From assembly GCA_000934665.2 (NCBI GenBank), contig KZ538350.1, positions 1 to 64,000 on the forward strand: a stretch of DNA of 64,000 nucleotides, written 5' to 3'. This document shows positions 1 through 13,788 of this stretch, one piece after another. The position numbers and the translations under genes were made by a program. Under the pieces are notes generated by a model. That model saw nothing but the letters and a program-made list of their open reading frames with translations. It did not search any database and had not been told where the DNA came from. Every line of letters begins with the position of its first letter. Position 1 is the stretch's first letter. The stretch is from Catajapyx aquilonaris (lineage: Eukaryota).

Positions 1-706
1 TATGCAAATATGTTCGCAAAACATGTTACCTTAGCGAGTAGCTTCATTAACGCCCAGCAGATGAGATTCTGCGAGAATAAATTTTTTTCTTCTTCTCACA
101 CCCCCCACTTTCTCTTGAGCCACACATTTCTGGGCAGTAAAGCGGCTCAATGGAGATAAATTTAAATAAGGAGTGAAGGCCAACTTTTTGGGAACTTCAT
201 TGGGGAGGAAAGCTTGGTGACGTCACATGCGAAGCCCCCCTCTTTTTTCAAAAAAAAAAAAATCCTCCCCCACCCTCCCACTTCCTCCTTCAGAAAGCAC
301 CATCTTGCTGGCGGGGGTTGCTCCTAGCAACGTGAATTTGGGATTCAGTGTCTGAGGAGCGCACAAATTTATGGTCAAAGTTGCCAGAAGGAGCGGGCTT
401 TTCGGAGGCGGGGCAGGCATAGTAGGGGAAGGTGGGGAGGAGGATTCAGGGAGGATAGGGGAGGGTGGCTCAATGCTAAGGAACACTGCTCGCATTATAA
501 GGGAGCACCTTGCATAAATAAAGCTTCACAGTCTTTCGAAACGCAAAGGCCCTGCTGCATTATTTATGTGAAATCAAGTGTTGACTTACACTCTCGCAAA
601 TCCGATGTACGAAATCATTTCCGAGTGTGTACGTGCTCTATTAAAATGCGTCTCTACTGTTCATATTTTAGTATCACTTGACTATATAGTCTTCTGAATG
701 TTTCAT

Positions 707-834
707 GCTGGATGCACTATGGCCCAAACAAGGATTGTCGCGGGTTATCCTGGCTTGGGTGCAACCCATTGCACAGATGTGTGTTGCATCCAAGCCAGGA
801 TGCGACAATCCTTGTTTGGGTGATAGTACCCAGC
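707..834. mobile_element. Fold-back (palindromic) MITE-like element
   Basis: Arms gctggatgcactatggcccaaacaaggattgtcgc..atcctggcttgggtgcaac and gttgcatccaagccaggatgcgacaatccttgtttgggtgatagtacccagc are near reverse complements. Confidence 0.6.
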
Positions 835-1194
835 GCATCAGGCTGTGGTGCTGAAATGATGTCATATTTGCTATCTATACATGGAACCAGAAGACGTGCC
901 AGACGTACAGTTTTCATAATCAATTTTTCAGGAATCCCCATTGTATTGTCACATTAGTTGCACCAGAAAGTCAGACAGCAATATAGTTCTCAACACCAGT
1001 GCTGCGTAATTCTGGCAATAAGAGTCGCTCCAAATTTTGCAGCTACTGTATTGGAAGAATCAGAGCGGAAGGTAATAGCAAGGGTGTACTGTATAGAGCA
1101 TAGACATACTCTGAAGCGCAAGTGGTGAAACAGTATCCGGTTCAATGCACAAGTTTTCCTATACTGCGCGTGCAGACCTGTACTAATATCAATA

Positions 1195-1322
1195 CATGAT
1201 GTTCCAGATTCGCGGGTGACTTTTTGATAACTGATATCGAGGGGCACAACACGCTATTAAAAATTACTGCTATCAGGCGATATCAGTTATCAAAAAGTTA
1301 CCCACGAATCTGGAACACCCTG
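1195..1322. mobile_element. Tc1/mariner-type MITE
   Basis: ~45-bp inverted arms (catgatgttccagattcgcgggtgactttttgataactgatatcg / cgatatcagttatcaaaaagttacccacgaatctggaacaccctg), TA on both flanks; right end reads CAGGGTG on the - strand. Confidence 0.65.
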
Positions 1323-1768
1323 TATATTCACAAAGCACCAAAGTGCATCAATATGTTCCTCTGTACATGCATTTTTATACACACAGGCATCAAATAAACA
1401 AATTCGTAATGTTATAAAATGTGATTTAAAAAAATAGCGCGATATTGTCGCATGCCAGAAAATGTACTCGGATATACCCAGTATCACACGCCACTGACTC
1501 TCCAAATAAGTTACCCTTATAGTCTAGCTGGTATCTACAAGCTTCCTTCATTCTGCTCCAAATTGAGCCATAAAACACAGCACAGCATGGTAAGTAGCCC
1601 TTGAAATTGACTTGCGAAAAGGACGAAAACTAATTCACTTACTTTAACTGCAGTCCACTCCACTACGACTATTTGTAATTGTTAATCAGGCGAAGTATAT
1701 AATCCTACTGGTACGCTGTACTTACAAAATACCATATTCATTTTCCAGTCATTCTTTGAACGCATATA

Positions 1769-1952
1769 CAGTGTTGGACATTAATCGCGTCGTACTCCTA
1801 GCGACATTTTTCTATGCGGCAGACGTGCCGGTGACGTCACCCAAGGCCTACCTCTGCTGATTCGCGCGGCTCGCACTTTATCACTTCGATTTCCACGTCT
1901 TCCGCATAGAAAAATGTCGCTAGGAGTACGAAGCGATTAATGTCCAACACTG
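1769..1952. mobile_element. MITE family A copy 1 (Tc1/mariner-type, palindromic)
   Basis: TA|CAGTGTTGGACATTAATCGC...GCGATTAATGTCCAACACTG|TA; homologous to at least 8 other copies in the window. Confidence 0.85.
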
Positions 1953-2758
1953 TACAAGGCGTTTAAACGGCGTATCAAACAATGTGTTTAAAGTGACTCA
2001 ACAATTCTTCGACATCTTGAAGGTGCATCCCAGTAACTCATCATCCAACCAAATTATGTGATGATTCACGCCCAAAAACTTCACAAGGCAATAACAATAT
2101 AGCACAGCAGTTATAATTCACTGCGAAAGGTGCCAGAAAAAAAACGAAGCACCTGAGCCACTGATGGACGCTAACAGCCATGTTTGCTTGTATCTTACCC
2201 CCATAATTCTTGTGAGGCACATTTAAATTAACTTCAGCTACACCTTTTTGATGGTGCTTACCAAGACGCCTTTTTTTTAAACGGAGTGGAACAGAGTACC
2301 CAGCAGGCTTTTTGGCGGGAAAGCCTCAGGGAGGCGTGACGTCAGGTATTAATATTATTTATGAGAGAGAAGGGCGAGGGACTTGATGGGCATTTAAATG
2401 CATAAGTGAGCTCCGGAGCGCGCCGTGGAGGATATGAGATGGACTTGGCAACGGCCCTCCTTTTTCTTCCCCACTCTTCTCCAACCAGTGTTGTCAGCTC
2501 GCCAAGAATTTTTTTTCTTTTTTTTTTCTTTTTTGGAAACTCTGAGGCGGTTTTCCAACAAGGTGCAAACACGTCCCAGGGCTTCAAGGTAACAGAAGTT
2601 GAGGACAGAAACTTGTCTTGCAGGATTTTCGCAGGATTTGGTGGATGCTTATGTAGTTGGTGTCGACAGGATAACTACTCAGGTAGTGTGCAGCTATATC
2701 ACCGTGCCTCGATAGTTGGAAATGAAAAATCTGCATATATAGTTTCGACATTAATAAA

Positions 2759-3007
2759 CAGTGTTGGACATTAATCGCGTCACATTGTCTGATGCGGCAG
2801 ACGAGCAAATCGAAGCCATGCGAGTAAGAAGAAGTAGGCCTTGAGTGACGTCACTGGCTGGCGGGCAATGGAGAAAAGGCTTGTCCCCAGCCAGTAACGT
2901 CACCCAAGGGCTACCCTTTCTTACTCGCATGGGTCGCACTCCGATTTGAACTTCTGCCACATCAAAAAATGTCGCTAGCAGTATGACGGAATTAATGTCC
3001 AGCACTG
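2759..3007. mobile_element. MITE family A copy 2
   Basis: CAGTGTTGGACATTAATCGCGTC...GACGGAATTAATGTCCAGCACTG|TA with internal palindrome and TGACGTCA. Confidence 0.85.
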
Positions 3008-5881
3008 TACAACCTACACTGTGAACCTGCTGGTCTAAAACCACTTTTTTGCTCCTGACTGTACCTTCACCGACCGTAAAATTTCCGGGAATCTTCAAGT
3101 AGATGCAATATTATTTGTGTCCTCGTCCGAATGGGAAAATCAAACTTGGAAAACTCATTGCACAGTCGGACGGAAATTCAAAGTTCTCGAAAAGTTGAAT
3201 CTGCTTAAAATCTTTTAAATCCGGAAAATGAGGCTCATGTGACTGCTAGGCCAGACCACTGGCGCCAACCCCCGGCAATGTCGCAGTAGTTTGATGTCAT
3301 CTTCTGCCGTGTAACCTATAAGTGTGAATGACTCCAATAGAATTCGTCGAAGAAAGTTCCCGACCGGCTATGAACTTTCCATTCAGCTTCTCAGGAATTA
3401 GTTTTGAGTTCAAGTGCATATCAGAAATGCCTTTCCAGACAACAGCTTGCTGCAGGCCTCAAGCAAGTCTCCTGATTCATTGAAGTTGACAATAATTAAT
3501 TTTTGAGCCCGGGGGGAACTCTTTTGTTCTTCCATTTACATTGTGATACTGTCCAACGCCATTGCGACACCCTGCAGAATGATGTGCATTCATCATCAGG
3601 CGACAATTGTTCATGGATCAATGCTTTTGACAATATGTGACCAAGAATGTTGAGGGTACAGACTGCATTACGCAATGCCCGTTCAAAAAACCTTGGCCTC
3701 AATTTCAAACAATCATTTTCAGAGTATCAAGCCCACGTTTTGAAACAAAACCAACTCATCCGTGACCTGAAATAATTCGGTAGGCCCAGCCTAACAGAGG
3801 GTTAATAATTTTTCAGTATAAATTGCAATATATTCACCACTGCGTGAGAGCCAGAATTACTACAAAGGGCATAAAACCCCACCAATTTGCATTGCTATAT
3901 GTTATATAGCTACATTTACATTAACAATGTTTATATTCAGCTAATATAATGAGCAGAAACAACTCAAGCATATCAGTGAACTGTTTGCTTCTTCTTGCAA
4001 AAGAATGGTCAGTAATAATGTAACAGTTTAACATGTCCAGAGTAGGCTGATTTTTTCTAGACGATATTAATCACAATATGAAGGATTTTTGTGACACGTG
4101 GAAAATGTTTACATTGTACAGTGATTTTGAACAATAGAAAGATATTTAATAGCGTCATGAAATGATCATATTTCCCAACGCAGTGAACAACAATTAGCTT
4201 TGACTTATACACCCAAACTTTCAAATCTGCTTAGCTCCATCGCACTGAAACTGCGGGTCAGACCAGAAAGCGTGACCGAAAATATCCTTAAAATCACTTT
4301 CCATGCTATTCGACCCCCAGTTACTTCCACCAATTAATTTTCAGCATGCGTAAACCCGGATTTTACTATAGGGGTTTCGCTTTGCACAAACACATCATCA
4401 CACACCGAAATACGACCCCCCCCCCCCCCCNTCATTCTTGCTATACTCTGCAACAAAATGTCTGAAATTTGGCAACCGAGTTTTCGGGTGTAGATTGGAG
4501 GGGGGGAGGGGGGACTCAAGAGAACAAGCATAGTAGGAGGGTGGTGGGCTAATTTACCCCCACCTCTCTTCCTCCCCATCTCCTACCCCTACACAGGCTT
4601 TTTACTCTGGTAGCAGCAGAATTACAGCGCAATGTTCCCCTTGGGAATCTGCAGGGAAGTAGGGAAGGGAGGGGGAATGATGGGAGGAAGGGGGAATGGG
4701 CAGGAGAGAGAAGGGAGGGAAGTAGAAGGACGATACTATCGCGCCATAAAACGCCACAAGTTTCAGTAAAGTTCCTAATTCGGCCAATTTTCCCCAGGAG
4801 TCAAACGTGGACGTGGATGGAAGGGGACGCGGGGGGTGGGGGGGGGGGGGGGTAGAAGCACAAAATTTCTCAAGGCTTCACAAAAAAAAAGCGCTTCAAA
4901 AATTTTGCAGCGATATAATGTATGCAACTAAAGTGTTGGGGACCTAAGTTTTTGATGATGCTTTCACGAGAACGTAGCAAAATACTGTAAATTCTCCCAA
5001 CTTTTCAAGATATTGTAAGTTACGTTACAGCCTCGTAGTAGTTCAGAAAAAAAATGCGAAATTCGTACGCATGAACGATGATGAAGCTATGTAACGTAAA
5101 ATGAAAAATCATGCATAAACATTAGTTATACAGAGCAATGATCAAACTTTAAATTATACAGTCGAAGCATGGACCTATAGCGTGTCTAGTCCACACAGAG
5201 CCAGATAGAGCATCTGTGACGTCATGTTATCTACTAAGGGCCGTTGCCATCAACATGGATTAAGCTGATTCCCCGTGTAATCCTGACTTCTAGCACGTTG
5301 CTAGCAGAACTTGACAGCTTGACATCAACCCCTGCTTGGAAACTTGTTGGTAACGAATGTAGCGTGGCTAGCCCTATGTACACTGTAACGGCACTAATAA
5401 CTTATAATTATCAAGACCTCTAATCCACTATCCGTTGTGACGTTCCAGAGAGGAATGGCTATAAGTCCTTGATGCCATGGGCACTTCACAGCCATGTTGT
5501 TCATTACGGTGACATTTAGAAATGGGCTGTGGATCAAGCTCCACATTTCCGTCAAAAATGTCACTGAGGTTACAAGTCTGTGCTTACAACCCGGTTTTTG
5601 CGGAGTTCAAAAGCGGTTACATGCGTCATGTGTAGCGTACAGGGCTAGAGTTGCAATGACCTCGGAGTTGGTTGTAACAGATGATATATTCACGAACTTT
5701 ATTTTTTGTGGGGGTAAACTGTACAGGCCTACTTTATCATCGGTTTCAGAATAACTTATATGGAATCTATATTATTAATACCCTACTGTGATGGCGATTC
5801 CTCCTCGCTGTGTACGGCCTCCAGCATTGGAAGTGATGTCAAAATTTAGCCCGCTTGTACTATATTTGCAATAAACTTTTG

Positions 5882-6125
5882 TTTTTTGGAAATAGTGTCC
5901 AGGGAATTTATAAAACACAAAAAACGCCGACCGCCTTTAAAAAACCAACCACCACGGAGTTCCCATAAACGCCGGTCCGGCCGCGGGCGCTACCTCCGCA
6001 CCGTCTTACTTCGGTACTTCACCGTCGGATGTCGCTGCCTGGTCCGCGTCTTTCTCCCTCCCTCCCTCTCCACTTTCGCAATTTTACCAAATTTTTTGGC
6101 AAATTGTGGCAAGTTGGTACCTAGT
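5882..6125 (+). repeat. Dispersed GC-rich repeat, copy 1 (paralogue at 16795-17007)
   Basis: Collinear shared blocks ggaaa..gtg..agggga, ccacggarttcccat, gggcgcyacctcc, tcttactt, acttcaccgtcggaygtcgct, ggcaagttggtrcctag. Confidence 0.75.
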
Positions 6126-7895
6126 GACACTTATTTCATGGGTGCTAACTTTGCATGTAATTCCAAGTGTTTGCAGCTCCCAAAAGTTTCCTCCAAAATA
6201 CAAGTGAAGTGGTCAAAAGTTTCGAACCCATCCGATCCATCACGCCCCACTTGTACGAAAATGTTCCATACCCGAATATCACAATACCCCCAAAATAATA
6301 AGCCGAATTCCGAGTTTAAAAAATATCAACCACTGCCCCCTACACTTTTCCTATCAGCATTTCCGTACAGAAAGGGACGCGAGCTAGGAATTTTATTGCC
6401 AATGTAGCCAACCTGCTTATTATTTATTGGACAGACTATCGGTATCCGATCCGCGGAAGTGGTATTATTGGTTATTGTGCTCAACCCTCCATATCCCCAG
6501 CCCTCTCCAAATATGTGGAGGTCCGAACTTTCCTCCCATGGGTAAAACCAAGTTACTTGGCTTCCGCACTGATACCAACGCGGTATGCATCATAAATATA
6601 TGCATTCAGCCAAATTTCCCTGCAACTTCCCCCCAAAAAATGTGGCCACAGAAACCGGTCCTGGAGAGACAAAAGGAGCCGGCTGGCGTTTTATGAGTGC
6701 TGATTATGAATTCGGCAGGCGTTTTTTAGAAGACGGATCAAGACTGAGAGGAAGAGAAGGGGAGGTCCTCAGAGGAACCTATGCCAGATCCATACGAATG
6801 TCACTAAAAGAACTTTTCCTTCAGTATGAACGAACACAGTTCACACTCCAGTCATGAAGTCTGCTCCAAAAAAATGGTGAGGTTATTGGCCTGAAGTAGC
6901 ATAAAACTGTCAGTTGTATTATACCTGCAAATTAAGCAGCTTCCACGTTACGTAAGACCCACCACACTATTCTAATAAGAATGCTCCGGCGTTATGGAAA
7001 TACAAAATTTTCTCATACACCGCACACCGCCGCCACCATTCCCGCAGGAAAAAAAAAAAAGTATGGTGGAGGAGAGAATGGAATTTCATAAGGACAAGGT
7101 GGCCAGATGACAAGGAATGCGGATGTGGCCAAATTCAGGCAGCACAGGGAGCACTAGGGTAGGGATAAAAAAAATTTGAGGTTGGGCAGCAGATGCTGTG
7201 GGCTTATATTCTGCCGCCACTCTGGCAAAACTTTGCATATCAGCAGCCATGGTTTTTTTTGGGGGGGGGGGAGGGGGGAGGTCGGTGCATACACCTGAGC
7301 CATATCCGCAGGATAAATCTTCCTTAAAGACAATGTTCGGTGTAAGGCAAGTTGGGCCTCAAAAATCAGTAAAAAGTCCAATGTATCATGTCTACTGCCC
7401 ATAAAATGTGCATGAAGGCAACGTTATTTATATTAATAAAATTAAGTGGAAGTACAGCCATTCACATTAAATAGCACTGCATATTTACACGACATGTGTC
7501 CGTTTCATGCAATTGCCTACATGCATCTATAGGTAACCAATAGGTAAGCTTGCTTAATGCATGCCCAATGGGTACACAGTATTACAAAATGTAGGTTAGT
7601 CCATGTTCAATGTGTAATGCGGCACGCAAATGGCAAATGAATTACCAATAGAGTTTATGCTCCATAATAAAGGTTGCATTTAAATTTGTCAGATAGTAAT
7701 CTAGGTGGGGTACATACAAAATAGCCAATAATATATTGCAATACTTTACCCTGCTGGAAGTACACTTTCAAAATTAATTTCCAAATATTGCAAAAATGCA
7801 GGTGAGAGGCCCTACATTATGGCCTACTCTGTACAGTTTTAAAAAATACTGTCACATTCAATCTGACTATAAAGCTTTAGCACATTCCAGTCACA

Positions 7896-8257
7896 CTTAC
7901 AAGGAAACGACCAAGGTCGGTCGCCTCCGATTTGGTGGAAACTCGCTTGAGGAGTCACTCATGTGCGATAGACACAGTGGTGAAAGTCCTAGATGACACT
8001 GTCCAGCCATTCCGAAATATGAGCGACAGAAACGTCCGAATTTTGGCCGCGCGTATAGGGATATAGGGGCCTTAACGGGCCTTGCACTCGACACCTGTAC
8101 GCGTGGCCAAAATTCGGAAATTTTTGTGCTCATATCTCGGAAACGGCTGGACAGTGTCATCTGGGACTTTCACCAGTGTGTCTATCGCACATGAGTGACC
8201 ACTGAGGCGAGTTTCAACCAAATCGGAGGCGACCGACCTTGGCCGTTCCCTTGTTAG
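7896..8257. mobile_element. MITE family B copy 1 (long fold-back)
   Basis: CTTACAAGGAAACGACCAAGGTCGGTCGCCTCCGATTTGG...CCAAATCGGAGGCGACCGACCTTGGCCGTTCCCTTGTTAG; ~160-bp inverted arms; second copy at 28966. Confidence 0.85.
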
Positions 8258-11200
8258 TATACAGGGGAATGGGGTGCATGCATTGTCGACATTGTCGACA
8301 TCGTCGCAAGTGATTCTCCGGTTCTGCTCTAGTTTCACACAAATTTATTCCTCGCCTTTTAACACTTTCAAGTTGCATAATAAACTGCCATAACACTACT
8401 GCAACATCATAACACTATGGCTAGTACTTTGCTACGCGATGCACAAAGCCTTTTGGATTCAGCAGAATACTGGAGACTTTCAAGGGGAAAAAAGTGCGGT
8501 ACGCTGCAGTATCATAAAATCGGCTTAGTGCTTGTTTATTATCAATAAACTTAAACGTTTACGTATGGAAAGTGCTATCTACAGTTAACAGGGTGTAACA
8601 ACAGCCTTTCCAGAACGATGGTAAGCAATGTACGCATTTAATGTGAAAATGTCGCATAAATATTATATGGTAACCATAACCCTCTGACTTTAACAAAAGT
8701 GTATATAGGAAACGTTAATCTACTTCTAAAAAGTGCACCTTTTCTCCCTATCAAAAGTTATACAGCAACTATTACTCTTATAGAATGCAGTGTATGAATG
8801 AACGCCCCACGGCAGAGTACAAGCGAAGATAAATGATGAAATGTGATCGAAAGGATCTTGCAAAATCTAGTCGAACCATGATTGTGTCGTGATCAAATGG
8901 CCCAATCAATTTCGAATCTGCGGGAAAATGTGATGCTGTGGAGTATATGCTGGCATTGCTGCTCTGGTTAAATCTGAAGACGAGTAGTTATACGATGCGA
9001 TAGAAGCAAAATATCAGGACAATTTGGCTGGATTCATACACATTATTCACATGAAGAACACTAAATAAAATTGCAAAACTTTTTAGCCATATTTTACGCC
9101 TCATGAAGATTCATTCCTTCATTTCCATACTCGGCAAATTTTCATTATGACAATTTATTTCCACTTCAGTTCTCATGTTCTTGAAAATATTTTTGAGCCT
9201 TTTAATTGTTGTGACATATTACCGGTCAGTAAATATTTATTTATATATCACATTGCCATTGTGTACCTAGCATTCGTTCCGTAACACATCCTGTACATTT
9301 GCCACAAACACATCTGGCCTTACGCCAACTGCGCTCAGTAGTGTGAAGGCTATTGAGATATGAGACGTTCCATCCGGAAGTAGTCGGCATTATATTTGTC
9401 TGAATTTTTCTGTTCAAAAGGCAGAGAAATGCGCCTGGTGATTCACCCGGCTATTACGGTCTGGGGTATGCACATTACGAGGTCTTCGTAGTAGGCTGTA
9501 TAATGTCGAGCATAAAATAATACTTCAAAAACTGTTTCTTTTAGCCACTGCTTCGCTTTGTCAGCAACTGCGGCATACTGTATACATTTGTACAGTCCTG
9601 GTTTACGAGTGCAGAGCAAACGAGTATTAAATTCCGCAGCAAATAACTTCTTGACCCGGTTTCATAATAATCTCACCAAAAGTGCACACGTGCAAATTAA
9701 AAACTTTCAAATTATGCGTTGCATGCAGTAGCGTACGTTACAGTATATAGGATCAAAAGTAATCCACATTAATTAAGTTACCTGTTGAAACAGTACAGGC
9801 TGAGGCAAAACAATTAAGTAATAATTTATCTTCCTTCAGGCAATATTTGTGTCATTCCCCGACGTCTACCCATGCCCTCAGCTAGTTCTTAGCTAAAAAG
9901 TGTCTCCCTTAATGTTCCTCAGTCAACACCACAACGTCACTCTTCAATCTTAGTTCCACGCCAAACAACAACAAAACTGTCTTTTGTGTGAGTCAACTCC
10001 GGCAATAAACGCCCAGATAATCCCACCCAAAAAAAAAAAAAAACCCGGAAACGAATGCTCCGGTGACTCCCTGTCTTCGAAGATATTGAGGCGACATCTT
10101 CCATCTCCCACCCCCTCAAACTCGCGACGATCTTTGGAAGCGGAAGTAATTGCGCAAGTTTTTGGCACTTAGCTTGTAATTAGCCAGGAGCGCAATTATG
10201 GAAGGAGGGGGGGACCCACCCGAAGGAATAATTCCCACAGTTAGGCAGGGGTAGGAGAGGGGGGAAAAGAAGAGCAAGTTGCGCAGGGCGTGCTATTTAT
10301 GCCCGTGTTTGTTCCCCTAAACGCAGTTAGGCACTTGGATGTGGGTGTAATAAATAACACTCCCCACCGTGTTTTCCACCCGGAATCCTCCCTATCCCCG
10401 CAGCCCCTACCAACGCCACACCCTGGTCCTCTTCAGGCGCTACCCTGCAAAACCCAAAACCCAAAAACCCGCAGGCCCCAAGAGTCCCCCGGGAAGCATA
10501 CATCCCCCCGTCCCAACCGCAGGGTTTTTGCCGGCCAAATGACGTTGCTGGAAGCAACAGGATTAATTTTACAGCCCAATCTGTGGACAGACGTGAACAA
10601 AAAAAAAGGGACGAACAAATCACTAAATCTGACCCGTATATATGCCCTCGTTTCTAGTTTATGTTGTTTTTTTTCCAGTACAGTACGAGCCTTCCGGGAT
10701 TGTTGTAAAGCAATGGGAAAGTTGGAAGATTAGATAAAATCTAACTGTGGGCAATGTTTAAATCAAAGAACTGCGTACACAATAGTGACATATCAGTACA
10801 CTTTTGAGCGTTATCCGCTGGGTATTTTGGACATAAAATGGCTCCTGATATCAACCGCCATCTAAGAGCTTCATTTTCCCCTAACGTTATGCACAGTCAC
10901 AAAGTCTTCATGTACTGAAAATGACCAAAATCAGTTTAGATCACAAAATCATGCCCAATGCCCAGGGAAAAAAACCCTTCAACACTTCTGGGAGTCTGGG
11001 TACATTCAAACATCGGGATATATACCATCGAACGACCCCTAGAATGTCCTGCTACCAAGCAGGCCATGTAGAGAGGACAGTCCGCGACATTTTGTCAATA
11101 ATCCAAAAATACTCGTTACATACCACATAACAGTTTTTCACAGTAAGCCACCAAAAATAACTGCTTGCAACTCCCCAGCTCCAGACCAGTCTCCAGATTC

Positions 11201-12439
11201 ACCATTAAATTTTCAACCCTCTTTGCAACATTCAGCAATACTGCACCTTTTTTTTTTGCCAATCGCGTTTTACACCTACAAAATGTCGCGCCAAGCAGGA
11301 TAACACGCTTAAATTATGCCAATGTACTAAGCATCTAAATAAGTCATCGCCGTGAAATGAGCACTAAATGATGCAAGTTGACTACAGAATCCGTAATGGA
11401 TGCTTCCCCGCAAAACACTCTGATCTCTGCCAAGATATCAACTCTGAATATTCTAACGCAATGGTTACTTCGAACTAGCACAGCCTAGAACATGTGCACA
11501 TGCAAATTCACACCCGCATCGATCCAAAATGGCCCACCGTTTCATGAAACAAAATTGTAAAGGCCCTTTTGGTGACCTTTCACCTAGTTCCATCCCAACA
11601 GGGGTTTCGAAATAATCCTAAGTGGATGGTGGCAGCACATAGGGCCTGGGGGTTAAAAAAAAAAAAAAGTCTTACAGGAGTCATTTCTCCGGAGATCCCG
11701 GATTAAGTTTGGGTTGTGGGAGGGTATGGGGGGGAGAGGACGGACAGCCGAGGGATTAGCGTCGGATGGTTGGTATCCTAGCAACGACACTGCCCGAAGG
11801 GGATGTCCGAACTTCCAATTTGCCATTTCAGTCAAACTTACGTGTCGCTGTAATAATAACTCGGGTTTAAGCTGCCAAAAGTTGACGGGTCTAGAAATAC
11901 AGGGCCGCAGCTTTAAAGACATGGGCGCGCCACCCGTAAAAAAATAAATCAAATCCGTTCATTTCGGATTTTACATGATATCCCACTTTAGCTTGCAGCC
12001 CACCAAATGCACTGTACTGCCACAACCTAAGGGCACACACTCCCCCCCCCCCCAATTCCCAATTACCCAGAAACGGGCATATCTCATGAAAAGGCATGTT
12101 CCTCTAAATTCCGCAGATAAGGCCTGGGCCCTAATTTAATCTCCATAAAGCACAAAGTTGGTGCAGTAATGGACCCCGAGCCACAAATAGCACGTATACG
12201 CAAAAGCAATAAGAGCTGAAACAGTTGGAAACATTGTACATGCATTAACGCGCGCCATCTATTCTCATCGAGTTCCAGACACCCCTAACAAGAATGCACT
12301 GAAAGCGAAATAGTTCAGATACTGGAATGCCCCTTTACCCTCACTGAAATCACACGTCGCTCTGTAACATAAAGGAAAAAGCTATACTGTTGCTTTTTCC
12401 TTGACTTTTTCAGGGCATCCAAATATAAGTAACATACTG

Positions 12440-12750
12440 TACATAAAAGCATGTGTCCCCCCCCCCCCTCCCTAAAAGATAAGAATGGTGGAATTTTGTA
12501 TGTTTGATATTGTATTGAACATATTATGCTAATTTATTCATAGCTTTCAGTACAATATCAAACATACAAAATTCATTTATTCATTTATTCATGTGGAGGA
12601 ATTTTGTATGTTTGATATTGTATTGAAAGCTATGAATAAATGAACATAATTATGCTCATTTATTCATAGCTTTCAATACAATATCAAACATACAAAATTC
12701 CACCCTTCTTATCTTAAGGGGGGGGGGGGAGAGACACATGCTTTTATGTA
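12440..12750. mobile_element. Double-hairpin fold-back element
   Basis: Terminal IR tacataaaagcatgtgtc / gacacatgcttttatgta; internal unit gaattttgtatgtttgatattgta occurs twice forward and twice inverted. Confidence 0.75.
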
Positions 12751-13556
12751 TTTGTTATTTTTTTCTTCAAAAATGCATTGCAATATGCAATATATAAAAA
12801 TTTTAGTTCAAATTACTACAGGTGAAGCCTTCCTAACACAAACACCCTTACATGCTTTCCCACACACACAAAAAAACATCCCAAGAGCCCAACTTAATCT
12901 AAACGGTGGCAAAAGAGCGTGCAGGGTGGGAAATAAAAACGATCGTAAAAGAGGGACCATCCGTGCAGCCCGAATGAAACTTTCACAAGCTGGATCCCAG
13001 GGAAAGGGGGTGGGAGGGTAGGTTTTGGAGGGGCACTTTCCAGGTGAGAGCCACCAATTTTGGCCCTAAAAACTGGTCCGACAAGCTGGCCCCTCACGGT
13101 TCGGAAAATGGCCTGAAAGCTGGACGTGCCCGGCTACGGCCCCGTGTGGGGGAAAAAAAAGTCTCGTTTGCAAAGTTATCATTTTACGCAACAACGCATG
13201 TTTTAATTTTACACTACACTGGAACATATCCCAGGGAATTTGAATGAAGGCATTGTTTCATATCTGCTATGTAGCTTTTGCTGGCCAAAGTTGCATAATC
13301 TCCACAGACCAGCTCATCTCATATTTATATGCTTTTAATAATCTGTTGAGCAGACCGAATGCACCTGTAGTTGACCTTTGTACCTAATTACGCCAGCGCT
13401 AGTCTACTGTATCGGTGGCCAAGGTCAACTTATCCTAACCACCATACAACCCAAGAGTCTCTCTTGATCGTCACGTTGCATACAACACAGGCGCAACTCA
13501 GTGGAAACATGACGATATGAGTAACAAAATCTGCTGAACAGAAAAACCTGCTGAAT

Positions 13557-13788
13557 GTGTTGGACATTAATCGCGTCATACTGCTAGCGACATTTTCCGA
13601 TGCGGCATACGTGCCAATCGAAGCGATAGAGTGCGAGCCGTGCGAGAAAGAAATGGTAGGCCTTTGGTGACGTCACCCAAGGCCTACCTCTTTTGATTCG
13701 CACGGCTCGCGCTCTATCACTTCGATGAGCACTTCTGCCGCATCAGAAAATGTCGCTAGCAGTATGACGGAATTAATATCCAGCACTG
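13557..13788. mobile_element. MITE family A copy 3
   Basis: GTGTTGGACATTAATCGCGTCATACTGCTAGCGAC...GTCGCTAGCAGTATGACGGAATTAATATCCAGCACTG|TA. Confidence 0.85.

Noticed and set aside
2751..3098. Recurring peptide 'VLDINSVILLATF...VRVRNGSPWVT' in several ORFs (also 24338, 25278, 54401)
   Set aside because: Translation of non-coding MITE family A, not a gene family.
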